This document shows, one piece after another, positions 46,650-56,688 of a stretch of DNA of 64,000 bases. The translations under genes were made by a program, and so were the position numbers. How positions within the stretch are numbered: position 1 is the stretch's first letter; each line of letters starts with the position of its first letter. Below the pieces are notes generated by a model. The model was not told the origin of the DNA, searched no databases, and saw only the letters and a program-made list of their open reading frames with translations. Location of the stretch: NCBI GenBank assembly GCA_043745805.1, contig JAYTSD010000020.1:1-64000 (forward strand). The letters run 5' to 3'. This DNA is from Fibrobacteria bacterium (GTDB lineage: Bacteria; Fibrobacterota; Fibrobacteria; UBA11236).

Positions 46650-47054
46650 TTAATTGCTTTCGGCGAGGGGTTTAAAATCAAAGCGACTAGGTTCAAAATC
46701 TGGTGCTGAGGTTTTAGCCCCGGCTGCCTTTAGAATTTTCATGGCTTGTAATTGACCATTGCTTGAAGCCGCAAGATAAGGCGTCCAACCTTCTTTATCT
46801 TTAGCATTAATATCAGCACCTGCCTCCATCAAACGTATCACTTCTTTAGTTTCCCCTCTTTCGGCGGCGCGGATTAAGAGTTGGTTTTTGTTTCCCATCG
46901 AGGAGCAGCCGATGAACTGCGTCATACAGACTACTAGTGAATAGTGCCAAAGGGTCATGGACAGCCTCTTGTTAGTGATTTCTTCTATTTTAATCATGGA
47001 GTATACCCTTTTAATCTCTGTATCCATTTTCCCCTTAGATTTTCCTTCCAACAA
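46650..47054 (-). CDS. Short ankyrin-repeat protein, possibly a lipoprotein (start uncertain)
   Basis: LIRAAERG...LMEAGADINAKDKEGWTPYLAASSNG; FIG-C lipobox-like site. Confidence 0.8.
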   Translation of the reverse strand: MLEGKSKGKMDTEIKRVYSMIKIEEITNKRLSMTLWHYSLVVCMTQFIGCSSMGNKNQLLIRAAERGETKEVIRLMEAGADINAKDKEGWTPYLAASSNGQLQAMKILKAAGAKTSAPDFEPSRFDFKPLAESN

Positions 47055-47186
47055 TCTTTAAAAGCAATATTTTTTGGGAGAAAAACACCCAGCATTTCTG
47101 GGCTTTTTAGTTTGGACCAAATAACTTTGAATAAGGCCATAGGAATTTTTTAATTTCCTTCACAAAGGTTTAAAAGGAGTTTCAAA

Positions 47187-48008
47187 GTGGCAGATTTGAT
47201 CGAGAAAATTCAACGGGCAAAGACTTGGCTAGAAGCTCGTACTCAGAATAAGCCAGCATGGGGCATTATTCTGGGAACGGGCCTAGGATCCTTGACGCAG
47301 GCAATGAAAATTGCTGCTGAAATCGATTATGATCAAATACCTCATTTTGTTCAAAGTACTGTGGAATCTCATAAAAGCAAGCTGATTTTTGGGGAAATTT
47401 CGGGAAAGTCGGTGGTGGTGATGCAAGGACGTTTTCACTATTATGAAGGTTATTCCATGGAGGAAATCACTTTTCCGGTGCGTGTCATGAAAGCTTTGGG
47501 CGTGCATTCCTTAATCGTCTCTAATATTGCCGGAGGCCTCAATCCGCAGTTTAATGTGGGCGATTTAATGGTCATTACGGACCATATTAATTTACTCGGC
47601 ACTAATCCCCTCATTGGAAAAAATTATGAGGAATTGGGCCCGCGCTTTCCCGATATGATAGAACCCTATTCCAAAGCCTATGTACAAGCCCTTGTAAACA
47701 TTGCCTTAAAACAAGGTTTAGCGGTGCATAAAGGGGTTTATTCATGTATGTCGGGACCCAGTTTAGAAACTGCCGCGGAATATCGCATGTTACGTATAAT
47801 CGGCGCCGACGCTATTGGTATGTCTACCGTACCCGAGGTCATTACAGCCGTGCATACAGGGCTAAAAGTTTTAGGCATTAGTTTGATTTCCGATTTGTGC
47901 ATGGCTGATAATTTGAAAGCCATTAATATTGTTGAGTTGATGAAGGTGGCTGCGGAAGTGGAGCCTAAATTAACGCGCTTAGTACAAAGTTTTTTACAAG
48001 AAGTTTAA
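47187..48008 (+). CDS. punA: Purine-nucleoside phosphorylase (trimeric type)
   Basis: ILGTGLG, QGRFHYYEG, DHIN, GPSLETAAE, GMSTVPE; AAGGAG RBS, GTG start. Confidence 0.95.
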   Translation: MADLIEKIQRAKTWLEARTQNKPAWGIILGTGLGSLTQAMKIAAEIDYDQIPHFVQSTVESHKSKLIFGEISGKSVVVMQGRFHYYEGYSMEEITFPVRVMKALGVHSLIVSNIAGGLNPQFNVGDLMVITDHINLLGTNPLIGKNYEELGPRFPDMIEPYSKAYVQALVNIALKQGLAVHKGVYSCMSGPSLETAAEYRMLRIIGADAIGMSTVPEVITAVHTGLKVLGISLISDLCMADNLKAINIVELMKVAAEVEPKLTRLVQSFLQEV

Positions 48009-48081
48009 AAGCGGGTCTCCCTTAGATTGGTGAGAATTAAAAGTTAAATTTCACCTCTCTTAAAGGGAAATATGCTCAGAT

Positions 48082-51000
48082 ATGTTTAGGGAACCAGAAA
48101 AATCAGCCTCATTTAGCGACCTCGAAGCCAGAACGCTAAAGCTATGGGATAAAGACGATAGTTTTAAACAAAGTGTAGAACAACGCTCTAAAGCCAAGCC
48201 TTTTATTTTCAATGATGGCCCTCCTTTTGCCACGGGGTTACCGCATTATGGCCATTTACTAGCCGGTACTATCAAAGACATTGTGCCTCGCTATTGGACT
48301 ATGAAAGGCTATCGCGTGGAACGCCGCTTTGGTTGGGATTGCCATGGCCTGCCTATTGAAAGTTTAATTCAAGACGAGTTAAAGCTCACCACGGTGCATG
48401 ATATTAAAGAATATGGCATTGGCAAGTTTAATGAAGCGTGTCGCGCCGGTGTACTTAAGTACACGCAAGAATGGCGCAGCACCGTGCGCAAAATGGGCCG
48501 CTGGGTAGATTTTGAAAATGAATATAAAACCATGGATTTATCCTTTATGGAATCCGTTTGGTGGGTGTTCAAACAATGTTTTGACAAAGGTTTAATTTAT
48601 CAGGGTTATCGCATACAACCTTATAGTCCTGCTTTAGCGACCTCTTTATCTAATTTTGAAGTCAATCAAGGTTACCGTGACCGGCAAGATCCCTCCGTAA
48701 CATTGACGTTTCCCTTAGAAGGCACAGATGAAAGTGTTTTGGTGTGGACGACTACGCCATGGACTTTGCCAAGTAATTTAGCCATCGCCATGAAAGACGA
48801 TTTAACTTATGTGCTAGTCGAGCATGACGGCCATAAATATTGGCTTGCGGAAGCGCGCTTGCTTAATTATTTCGATGCGAATGTTAAAGTTTTGGATAAA
48901 CAACTAGGGAATTTTTTCGCGGGGAAAAAATATCGATCGCTGTTTAATTTCGCTCCTACCCTTTCGGAAAAACAATACACCATTCGGCTTGCTGATTTTG
49001 TCAGTGCAGACGATGGAACCGGTGCCGTGCACATTGCGCCTTCTTTTGGGGAAGAGGATTTTCAACTGGGGCAAAAAGAAGGCTTAGGGCTTTTCGATCC
49101 CTTGGATGTGGAAGGGAAGTTTACGGATTTGGTGCCGCCTTGGAAAGGCATTGGTGCTAAGGATGCTGATAAAAGCATTTTGCATACACTTAAGGCCGAA
49201 CACCGTGTTTACCGCCATGATACCCTCATGCATAGTTATCCGCATTGCTGGCGTACCGATGTGCCGCTTTTATATCGCGCATTGAAAACTTGGTTTTTAA
49301 GTTTGGAAAAAGAAATTACTTCGGCTGAAGGTGAAACCAAAACGCTCAAAGAGTGGATGATACATTGTAATAAGCAAATCAATTGGGTGCCGGATCATAT
49401 TAAAAGTGGTCGCTTTGGCAAATGGTTAGATGGCGCACGCGATTGGAATTTAAGTCGCAATCGTTTTTGGGGCACTTGCATTCCCGTATGGATTGCAGAA
49501 GATGGCGATATGCTTTGTGTGGGTAGTGTGGCTGAATTGGAAGCGCTCACCGGCCAAAAGGTTACGGATTTGCATAAGCATGTCGTGGATATTTTAGAAA
49601 TTAAAACTTTCGATAAAAAAACTTATGCTGCGAATGGTAAAACCTATACACGCACTCCCGAAGTTTTAGATTGTTGGTTTGAATCCGGCTCTATGCCTTA
49701 TGCACAGCCGCATTATCCTTTTGAAAATGCTGATCAATTGCAAAATTTATTTCCTGCGGATTTCATTGCCGAAGGTCTCGATCAAACGCGGGGCTGGTTT
49801 TATACGCTCACGGTTTTAGGCGCAGCTTTATTTCAAAAGCCAGCTTTTAAAAATGTAATTGTGAATGGAATTATTCTCGCGGAAGATGGACAAAAAATGT
49901 CCAAGCGTTTAAAGAATTATCCTGATCCCAATGATTTGATTTCCCGCACTTCGGCGGACGCGATTCGTTTATTTATGATTGATTCGGCAGCTGTTAAAGG
50001 GGAAGAATTAAAGTTTAGCGAAGTCGGTGTGAAAAATATCACACGTGCCGTAATGTTACCTTTATGGAATGCCTTATCATTATTTGTGACCTATGCCAAT
50101 GCTGACAGTGCCAAAGGGCAATTGACTTGGAAGCCGGGGCAAATTTTAATTTCTGAACATGAACTAGATAGATGGATACTTTCCGACTTGCAACAATTAT
50201 TGGAAAAAGTGCAAAAGGAAATGGATGCGTATCGTTTATATAATGTAGTTCCGGCAGTAGTAGAATTTGTAGATGATTTGACGAATTGGTATATCCGCCG
50301 TTCGCGTCGTCGTTTTTGGAAATCTGAAAATGATCAAGACAAAAATTTTGCCTATGCCACTTTATATCAAGTGCTCGTGGAATTCTCTAAGGTGCTGGCT
50401 CCCTTTTTGCCTTTTATGGCCGAAGAGATTTACCAAATTTTAGTGCGCGAAGCTGATGCCAATGGACAGAACAGCAATCAACCGAAGTCCGTTCATCATT
50501 GTGATTTTCCAGTTAAGAACGAAAAATTACTCGAAATAGCTTTGAATGAAAAAATGCAAATTGTCCGCGAGGCCGTAAATTTAGGTCGCGCTTTACGCGC
50601 CAAGCATAATATCAAAAATCGCCAACCCTTACAGTCACTCATAGTGGTAGTACGCAATGAGACGCAAAAACAAGAAATCTTGTCTATGTCCGACCTTATT
50701 CGCGACGAATTAAATGTCAAAACCGTGGAAATTACCTTGGATGAGAGCACTTTGGTCACTTATCAAGCCAAAGCCAATTTCAAAACTTTGGGCAAAAAAC
50801 TCGGTAAGTCAATGAAAATAGTTGCGGAAAAAGTTGCTTTATTACACCATAATGAAATAAACTCAATCCTGGCTGGAAAAAATCACTTCTTGGAAGAGGG
50901 TGAAATAACCGCCGAAGACATTACGGTGTTGCGAGAAGTAAAGCCTGGCTTAGTAGTAGAAGCGAGTCAGGGTTTAACTGTGGCACTAGACATTGGCATT

Positions 51001-51285
51001 ACGCCGGCTTTGGAAGTGGAAATGTTCGCAAGGGAATGTGTGAGCAAAATCCAAAGTTTACGTAAGGATTCTGGTTTGGAAGTTACAGACCGAATACAAT
51101 TGTCGATAGAAACAAATTCAGATCTATTTCGGGAAGCATTTAACGGACATGCGGACTATATTTGCTCCGAAGTCTTAGCAGAGAGTTTTGGATTTGTAAC
51201 CGGCTTGCCGGGGAATGAAGAAAACGCCTTGATTGTGAATGACGAAAAAGCGTTATTTGCCATTAAGAAAAGGGTTTTGAATTAA
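48082..51285 (+). CDS. ileS: Isoleucine--tRNA ligase, type 2
   Basis: DGPPFATGLPHYGH, GWDCHGLP, WTTTPWTLPSN, EGLDQTRGWFY, KMSKR, NWYIRRSRRRFW. Confidence 0.97.
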   Translation: MFREPEKSASFSDLEARTLKLWDKDDSFKQSVEQRSKAKPFIFNDGPPFATGLPHYGHLLAGTIKDIVPRYWTMKGYRVERRFGWDCHGLPIESLIQDELKLTTVHDIKEYGIGKFNEACRAGVLKYTQEWRSTVRKMGRWVDFENEYKTMDLSFMESVWWVFKQCFDKGLIYQGYRIQPYSPALATSLSNFEVNQGYRDRQDPSVTLTFPLEGTDESVLVWTTTPWTLPSNLAIAMKDDLTYVLVEHDGHKYWLAEARLLNYFDANVKVLDKQLGNFFAGKKYRSLFNFAPTLSEKQYTIRLADFVSADDGTGAVHIAPSFGEEDFQLGQKEGLGLFDPLDVEGKFTDLVPPWKGIGAKDADKSILHTLKAEHRVYRHDTLMHSYPHCWRTDVPLLYRALKTWFLSLEKEITSAEGETKTLKEWMIHCNKQINWVPDHIKSGRFGKWLDGARDWNLSRNRFWGTCIPVWIAEDGDMLCVGSVAELEALTGQKVTDLHKHVVDILEIKTFDKKTYAANGKTYTRTPEVLDCWFESGSMPYAQPHYPFENADQLQNLFPADFIAEGLDQTRGWFYTLTVLGAALFQKPAFKNVIVNGIILAEDGQKMSKRLKNYPDPNDLISRTSADAIRLFMIDSAAVKGEELKFSEVGVKNITRAVMLPLWNALSLFVTYANADSAKGQLTWKPGQILISEHELDRWILSDLQQLLEKVQKEMDAYRLYNVVPAVVEFVDDLTNWYIRRSRRRFWKSENDQDKNFAYATLYQVLVEFSKVLAPFLPFMAEEIYQILVREADANGQNSNQPKSVHHCDFPVKNEKLLEIALNEKMQIVREAVNLGRALRAKHNIKNRQPLQSLIVVVRNETQKQEILSMSDLIRDELNVKTVEITLDESTLVTYQAKANFKTLGKKLGKSMKIVAEKVALLHHNEINSILAGKNHFLEEGEITAEDITVLREVKPGLVVEASQGLTVALDIGITPALEVEMFARECVSKIQSLRKDSGLEVTDRIQLSIETNSDLFREAFNGHADYICSEVLAESFGFVTGLPGNEENALIVNDEKALFAIKKRVLN

Positions 51286-51305
51286 CTGTGGGTGAAGGAG
51301 ACCTT

Positions 51306-51761
51306 ATGAAAAAGACAGCAGTAGAAGAAACACCAAAGAAAGCTAAAGAGGCCGCGCCAATTAGCAAGTCACCCAATAAAATGAGTGCTTCCGAACTTAA
51401 ATTTTTCGAACAATTGCTCAATGAAAAAAAAGAACTCTTGATTCAAGAGTTGAGTTATTTGGAAGACAATTCCATGCGGCTTAATTCCAAAGATGGCGCA
51501 GGAGATTTATCCAATCACGCCTATCATTTAGCCGACCATGCTACGGAAACCCAAGATCGCGAACAAGCTTTTCATATGGCCAGCCGCGAAGGTAAATTTT
51601 TGCTGTATATCGAAGAGGCCTTAGACCGCGTGCGTGCGGGTACTTTTGGGGCATGCAAGAAATGTGGTAAACTTATTCCTAAAGCACGTTTGGAAGCGGT
51701 TCCTACCGCTAAAATGTGTATTGATTGTAAATCTGCACAAGAGCAAGCTTCTGGCGACTAA
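51306..51761 (+). CDS. dksA: TraR/DksA family C4 zinc-finger protein
   Basis: GAAGGAG RBS; coiled coil with HLADHATE tip; CKKCG...RLEAVP...CIDC. Confidence 0.85.
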   Translation: MKKTAVEETPKKAKEAAPISKSPNKMSASELKFFEQLLNEKKELLIQELSYLEDNSMRLNSKDGAGDLSNHAYHLADHATETQDREQAFHMASREGKFLLYIEEALDRVRAGTFGACKKCGKLIPKARLEAVPTAKMCIDCKSAQEQASGD

Positions 51762-51783
51762 TTAAAACTTGATAGACATTGAT

Positions 51784-51815
51784 ATGTAGGAGCACAACAT
51801 TTTGTGCCCCTACAT
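51784..51815. repeat. GTAG-type REP-like palindrome
   Basis: ATGTAGGAGCACAA-CATT-TTGTGCCCCTACAT inverted repeat with GTAG/CTAC ends. Confidence 0.7.
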
Positions 51816-51944
51816 TTACGTGACCATATACGTATCACAACACATTTATCCTCGAATCCCCCAGCCTCTTTAATTTTAATATCCCCGGATGATTTTAATA
51901 ATGCATCCGCTTTCGTTTTACGCTAAGATAAACAGAGGAAATTT

Positions 51945-52280
51945 ATGGCAAACGAAAAACGCATTACCGGTAGATGGCCTATTGAAGCCACCGCACAATT
52001 AATGGCACGAGGTATTGTTTACAATACCAATATTTTGAATGTGAATTTAGGTGGCTGCTTTTTGGATGGTATTTTTCCTACTGAAGTAGGGGAAGTCATT
52101 GTTATTGGAAGCGTTTATAATGCGCAGATAAATGGATTGCAAGCAAAAGTCATGTGGATTGTTAACGAACCCAATTTAAACGGTATCGGGGTGGCTTTTG
52201 AGCCGATGAATGATACGCAAAAATTCGATTTAATAAAGTGGTTTAATCAAATTGTGCCTGATCCGCGCGCAAGGCCTTGA
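51945..52280 (+). CDS. PilZ domain protein (c-di-GMP receptor-like)
   Basis: EKRITGR (RxxxR), NVNLGG (D/NxSxxG-like), AKVMW, GIGVAF. Confidence 0.85.
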   Translation: MANEKRITGRWPIEATAQLMARGIVYNTNILNVNLGGCFLDGIFPTEVGEVIVIGSVYNAQINGLQAKVMWIVNEPNLNGIGVAFEPMNDTQKFDLIKWFNQIVPDPRARP

Positions 52281-53672
52281 TTAAAGTGGCATAGAGACAA
52301 TCAGCTTCGCTAGACTATTCATTTGTAAATCAACTTTAGTGTTCCAATCCGTAGTCTCGCCTTGCCAACCGAGTGAGGTAAGAAAATCTATGCGATAAAT
52401 TGTGTTTTCGAATAAGCCATGCAGATAAACTCCATAAACTTTATTTTGCTGCCAACCTAATTCATCTGCTAAATAAGTAATGGCCTTGGGTCCTGCGTTG
52501 GTTTGCCCATGATGGATTTCATAGCCTTTTAACATTTGTCCATTTTTCCAAGGAATCGTTTTTTGCTGAGTAGTTTTGTTGGGCATTAATATTGTCGTGA
52601 GGTCCAATAATCCCAAGCCTTCAATATCGCCGCTTTCCAAATGTTGAGGATCCAAAATTTGATTCCCTAATAATTGCATGCCTCCGCAAATCCCAAAAAT
52701 GGGAACACCTTTTTTTGCAGCTTGGATTAAGTCTTTAGTAAGACCTGTATCTTGTAAGTGACGTAGGCTGGCAGCGGTATTTTTGCTGCCGGGAAGAATG
52801 ATGGCGGCAAAATCATCTAAGAGTGTGGTATCGCGAATGGGTACAACGGTTACACTTGTTTCATAGATGAGCGGATCAAACTCATCGAGATTGCTCGCAT
52901 AAGGATAGTTAATCAAGGCGAGATTGATATTACCTGCAATAGGTTTGGCTCGATAGGTGAATGTGTCTTCTTCTGGAAGTATATGCGGGGACATCGGAAT
53001 GACCGCCACGGTTTTTACTCCGGTTTTGGCCTCTAGCCACTGGCTTGCATTGCCCAATAAGGTGGGGTCACCACGAAATTTATTCAAGATGAAACCTTTA
53101 ATTAATGCCTTTTCATTTTTCTCCAAACATTCCCAAGTTCCGAGTAAATGTGCAAAAGCTCCCCCGCGGTCAATATCGGCTACGAGGTATACATCGGCTT
53201 GGCATTCTAAGGCGACACTCATATTCACAATGTCATTTTGCCGCAAATTAATTTCTGCCGGACTTCCTGCGCCTTCTATCACCACTTGTTCATAATCCGT
53301 AATAAGACTATGTAACGCTTGAGTTACAATAGGCCACAAATGCTCTTTGCGTTCAAGCCAAGGTAACTTACTGATGACAGAATTGAATTTCCCCAGTGTG
53401 ATAACTTGTGCATAAGTATCAGAACTTGGTTTTAGCAAAATGGGATTCATGCGCACTTGGGGAATTATGCGAGCTGCCAAGGCCTGTAGGTATTGCGCTC
53501 GACCCATTTCTAAACCTTGGGAGGTTACTGCTGAATTATTGCTCATGTTTTGTGCTTTAAATGGAGCCACGCTTATGCCTTGATTGGCAAAATGTCGGCA
53601 TAGACAAGTCACCACAAAAGACTTTCCCGCGTCGCTAGTGCAGCCCATGATCATGATTGGTTTTTTAGACAT
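52281..53672 (-). CDS. cobQ: Cobyric acid synthase
   Basis: GCTSDAGKS, PFKAQNMSNN, EGAGSPAEINL, DIDRGG, NKFRGD, GICGGMQ, GYEIH, YLHG. Confidence 0.95.
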   Translation of the reverse strand: MSKKPIMIMGCTSDAGKSFVVTCLCRHFANQGISVAPFKAQNMSNNSAVTSQGLEMGRAQYLQALAARIIPQVRMNPILLKPSSDTYAQVITLGKFNSVISKLPWLERKEHLWPIVTQALHSLITDYEQVVIEGAGSPAEINLRQNDIVNMSVALECQADVYLVADIDRGGAFAHLLGTWECLEKNEKALIKGFILNKFRGDPTLLGNASQWLEAKTGVKTVAVIPMSPHILPEEDTFTYRAKPIAGNINLALINYPYASNLDEFDPLIYETSVTVVPIRDTTLLDDFAAIILPGSKNTAASLRHLQDTGLTKDLIQAAKKGVPIFGICGGMQLLGNQILDPQHLESGDIEGLGLLDLTTILMPNKTTQQKTIPWKNGQMLKGYEIHHGQTNAGPKAITYLADELGWQQNKVYGVYLHGLFENTIYRIDFLTSLGWQGETTDWNTKVDLQMNSLAKLIVSMPL

Positions 53673-53708
53673 GGTTAAAAGTTAGGTAATACCCTTTAGG
53701 TTGCCTTG

Positions 53709-56681
53709 TTATTTCAAACTATTAAATCCCGCCATATCCACTAATACTTTTTCTTCATGCGTTATAGCATCCATCCAAATAATTTGGCTATGTCCTTCTT
53801 GATAGGCCTCAAATAATAATCCTTCGCGGTTACCGAATTTTTTAGGAAATACTCCCTCTTCACTTCTTAAACTTTCATGGCGATTGCCGGTTACCTTTTC
53901 GGTTTGCTTACTTAATAAATTAAAAGCATTTAAATCCAAAAGATTAACGCCTGCCGTATAATAAAGGGTTTGGCTATCTTTAGCCCAATGAAAATCTCGC
54001 ACTTGGCTGCGCTGGGTGGCAGAAAATATTGTTTTATCACTTTGCTGAAATACTTGTAGCTCTAAAGTTTGATCGGGTAATAAGGAGGTAAAGGCCAGGA
54101 AATGCTCGTCAGGACTCCAGCTTATAGGCCCGGCTAAATGCAGGCTATCACTTATTAGGGTAACATGATCCATTTCCAAGTCGGCAATATAAAGTTGCGA
54201 TAGCGTGCTATGCTGCACAATAAAAGACATGCGATTACTATTGGGTGCAATATCAAATCCACTAATGTTTGTAAAGCTACCTTTCGACAAGTTGAGCATT
54301 TTTCCCCGCATGTCTATTTGAAATAAATCACTACTGTCGGAGAAATTATTTTTGTCTTTTGTTTTATGACCTAATAAAACATAAAGTACACGTCCTTTAT
54401 TATCCCAATGCCATTGTTTTAAGATGAGGTCATTAGTCAAATTGGGCAATAAACATTTGGGTTGCACCGTGTCGAGGGAAACGGGCAGGGCATAAAGATT
54501 AGCAGAATCCTTTGATCCTCCGATAAAGGCTAAAGAATTTTTTAAATAACCAAATATGGGTTGAGTAACCATTAATCCTTGGTGTTGCAAAGGATATTCA
54601 AAGCCATTACGCATATCATGAATATAAAGTCGACCAGAAGCATGCGGACTTTCGGCGTTTATAAAAGGAAAAATTTGGCTAGTATAATCGTCAGCGGTGG
54701 GATTAAGTTCCAATTCATATTCAGTATGTAGTACTTCGGCCAATAATTTTTTTAAGGTAGCATCGGGCTGCACCTGATAATCCAAAGTGATTAGACGATG
54801 ATTTGATTTTACGAGTTGATGTTTGCGATCGAAAACCAAACTTAAATGGCCAATATAAATGCCATCTTTACCTGAACAAAGCATCAAGGTATTCCCTATT
54901 TTTAGTGGCGTAGAGCGTGCTTCGTCCTCGCCAGAAAGTATAATAGCGCCGAGGTCAGTAAACTCCTGCGCAAGATGGGAAGCTACTTCTAGAGGTGCAT
55001 CTAATAAAAGTATCACAAAGGTTTTGGAAAAATCTTTCTTTTTTTTCCAACGCTGCAGGCTTACCGAAATACTTTCCACTTGCTTAGAGAGTAAACTGTC
55101 GGAATTTTTTTTGTTTGCATTTAAATGCGACATTCCTAAAATCGTTACTTTTTGTCCATGAATGGATTTTTCCATTTTAACCAAGAGATCAGAATTTGCA
55201 AGTCCCTCTTGACTGGCTAGCCAAGGGATTTTTATTTCACCTTGGAGAGATTTAATTTTAGTCCAATCTTTGCGATATTCCCCTGCCCCCACATTTACCG
55301 CATCATAAGGCATTTGCGTATAAGCGGTGAAGATATAGGGTGCGGAGGTTGAGAGCGTGTCGATGGCATTATCTAGTTCTCCGGCATCGAGCAGTATTGA
55401 TTCAGGATAAAAAAGTTTAAGTTCCAATAATTTGGTTTTGCGACGAGCTAAACCTCCGGCCTTGCGTTCATTGTAGGGAACCGGTGCCAATTGCCCATGA
55501 GTGTTACCGGTATAAAAAATATTAATAGCATTCACATCTTGTAGGGCCATTTCATGTTGAATTTTTTGTAATAATGCTTGCGCCTTCCAATGATAAGGAT
55601 CAATGGCTACCGCTTGGGCCACTAGGATTTTAGCTTGGATTATATCTCCGGCTTGAAATTTTATTAAGGCCTTAGCATATATTTCCTCCGCATTAATAGG
55701 ACGAACGGCTTTATGAGAATAATTTAAAGTGAAGCCATGATAATCCCCTAAAGGACCAAAATGCTTATAACCATAATCAATGCCAAAATTATTCATGGTT
55801 AAGCCAAGCCCTGCGGATAAGCCTGCATTTGGCCCCAGCGCACGATCTTCCCAACTTCCGCCGTAGCCCATGCGCAGCAAAAGATAGGGCCGCGCTTGTA
55901 ATTCAAATCCTAAGCCATAGTGTTGTAAACCTTCATTATTATGTTCCATATTGATAAACCCCGACCAAGGGGAATTTAATAAAGGCTTTCCAATTTCCAG
56001 AGCAAAGCTTAAGGGTAACGGTTCTAGGGGTGACGTAGGCGTATCGTAACGTACACCCTGTGAAAGATTGCGAACATTCAATCCAATGCGGAAATTTTCT
56101 AAAAGCAAAAATAATAAACTTAAATCTATAGAATACCCAATGGCACTAATATCATCAATGGCACTATGCAAATAATTAAACTTGGTACCAGCGGCGACGC
56201 GACCTTCCCATAAGGTTTTTCCATAAGCTAAACTAAAGGCAAAATCGGAGGCCGTAGGATTAGAAACTTGTTCATCAATGTCACGAGCATTAGCAAAAGG
56301 AGTAGTAGAAAGTACATTCAGCGAAAGTCCTAAACAGTCTTTGGCAAATAAAGGATAAGTGAGCGCTACGTCTTCATGCCTAAATTCTCCTAAAATTTCA
56401 GCATGCGAAAAAGAGTAATAATAATTTTCCACAAGAGATAATCCTGCAGCATTGGCATGCATGAGAGTGGCCTCTTCATCGGTAGTTTGGCTTAAGCCAC
56501 CGAGGGCAATATTGCGCGCGCCAATAGGGAGTTTTAAAAAATCGAAAGTGGTTACCCCAGCTGAGGTCGCGTCAAATTGGATTAGCCCATCTAGGTTAAG
56601 CGGAGTAGCGCAAAGGACATTTTTTGCCAGTAGACTTATGCCCAAGAGGCTAAGAAAAAACAACTTGGGCATCTTGTGCAT
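53709..56681 (-). CDS. Fusion: PorV/PorQ-like OM barrel + TPR + 5'-nucleotidase-like metallophosphatase fold + TolB-like beta-propeller
   Basis: Signal peptide near 56681; FLKLPIGARNIALG..NAAGL; IDYGY..LG..H; TGNTHG, GGLARR, LLDAGE; WSPD/PD40-like repeats. Confidence 0.75.
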   Translation of the reverse strand: MHKMPKLFFLSLLGISLLAKNVLCATPLNLDGLIQFDATSAGVTTFDFLKLPIGARNIALGGLSQTTDEEATLMHANAAGLSLVENYYYSFSHAEILGEFRHEDVALTYPLFAKDCLGLSLNVLSTTPFANARDIDEQVSNPTASDFAFSLAYGKTLWEGRVAAGTKFNYLHSAIDDISAIGYSIDLSLLFLLLENFRIGLNVRNLSQGVRYDTPTSPLEPLPLSFALEIGKPLLNSPWSGFINMEHNNEGLQHYGLGFELQARPYLLLRMGYGGSWEDRALGPNAGLSAGLGLTMNNFGIDYGYKHFGPLGDYHGFTLNYSHKAVRPINAEEIYAKALIKFQAGDIIQAKILVAQAVAIDPYHWKAQALLQKIQHEMALQDVNAINIFYTGNTHGQLAPVPYNERKAGGLARRKTKLLELKLFYPESILLDAGELDNAIDTLSTSAPYIFTAYTQMPYDAVNVGAGEYRKDWTKIKSLQGEIKIPWLASQEGLANSDLLVKMEKSIHGQKVTILGMSHLNANKKNSDSLLSKQVESISVSLQRWKKKKDFSKTFVILLLDAPLEVASHLAQEFTDLGAIILSGEDEARSTPLKIGNTLMLCSGKDGIYIGHLSLVFDRKHQLVKSNHRLITLDYQVQPDATLKKLLAEVLHTEYELELNPTADDYTSQIFPFINAESPHASGRLYIHDMRNGFEYPLQHQGLMVTQPIFGYLKNSLAFIGGSKDSANLYALPVSLDTVQPKCLLPNLTNDLILKQWHWDNKGRVLYVLLGHKTKDKNNFSDSSDLFQIDMRGKMLNLSKGSFTNISGFDIAPNSNRMSFIVQHSTLSQLYIADLEMDHVTLISDSLHLAGPISWSPDEHFLAFTSLLPDQTLELQVFQQSDKTIFSATQRSQVRDFHWAKDSQTLYYTAGVNLLDLNAFNLLSKQTEKVTGNRHESLRSEEGVFPKKFGNREGLLFEAYQEGHSQIIWMDAITHEEKVLVDMAGFNSLK

Positions 56682-56688
56682 ATAGGCA

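Noticed and set aside
48009-48081. T-box or other leader before ileS
   Set aside because: Only 73 nt, with no T-box consensus
55440-55520. Selenocysteine (UshA-like selenoprotein CxU motif) in the PorV fusion
   Set aside because: No in-frame TGA and no Cys at that position (HGQLAPVPY)
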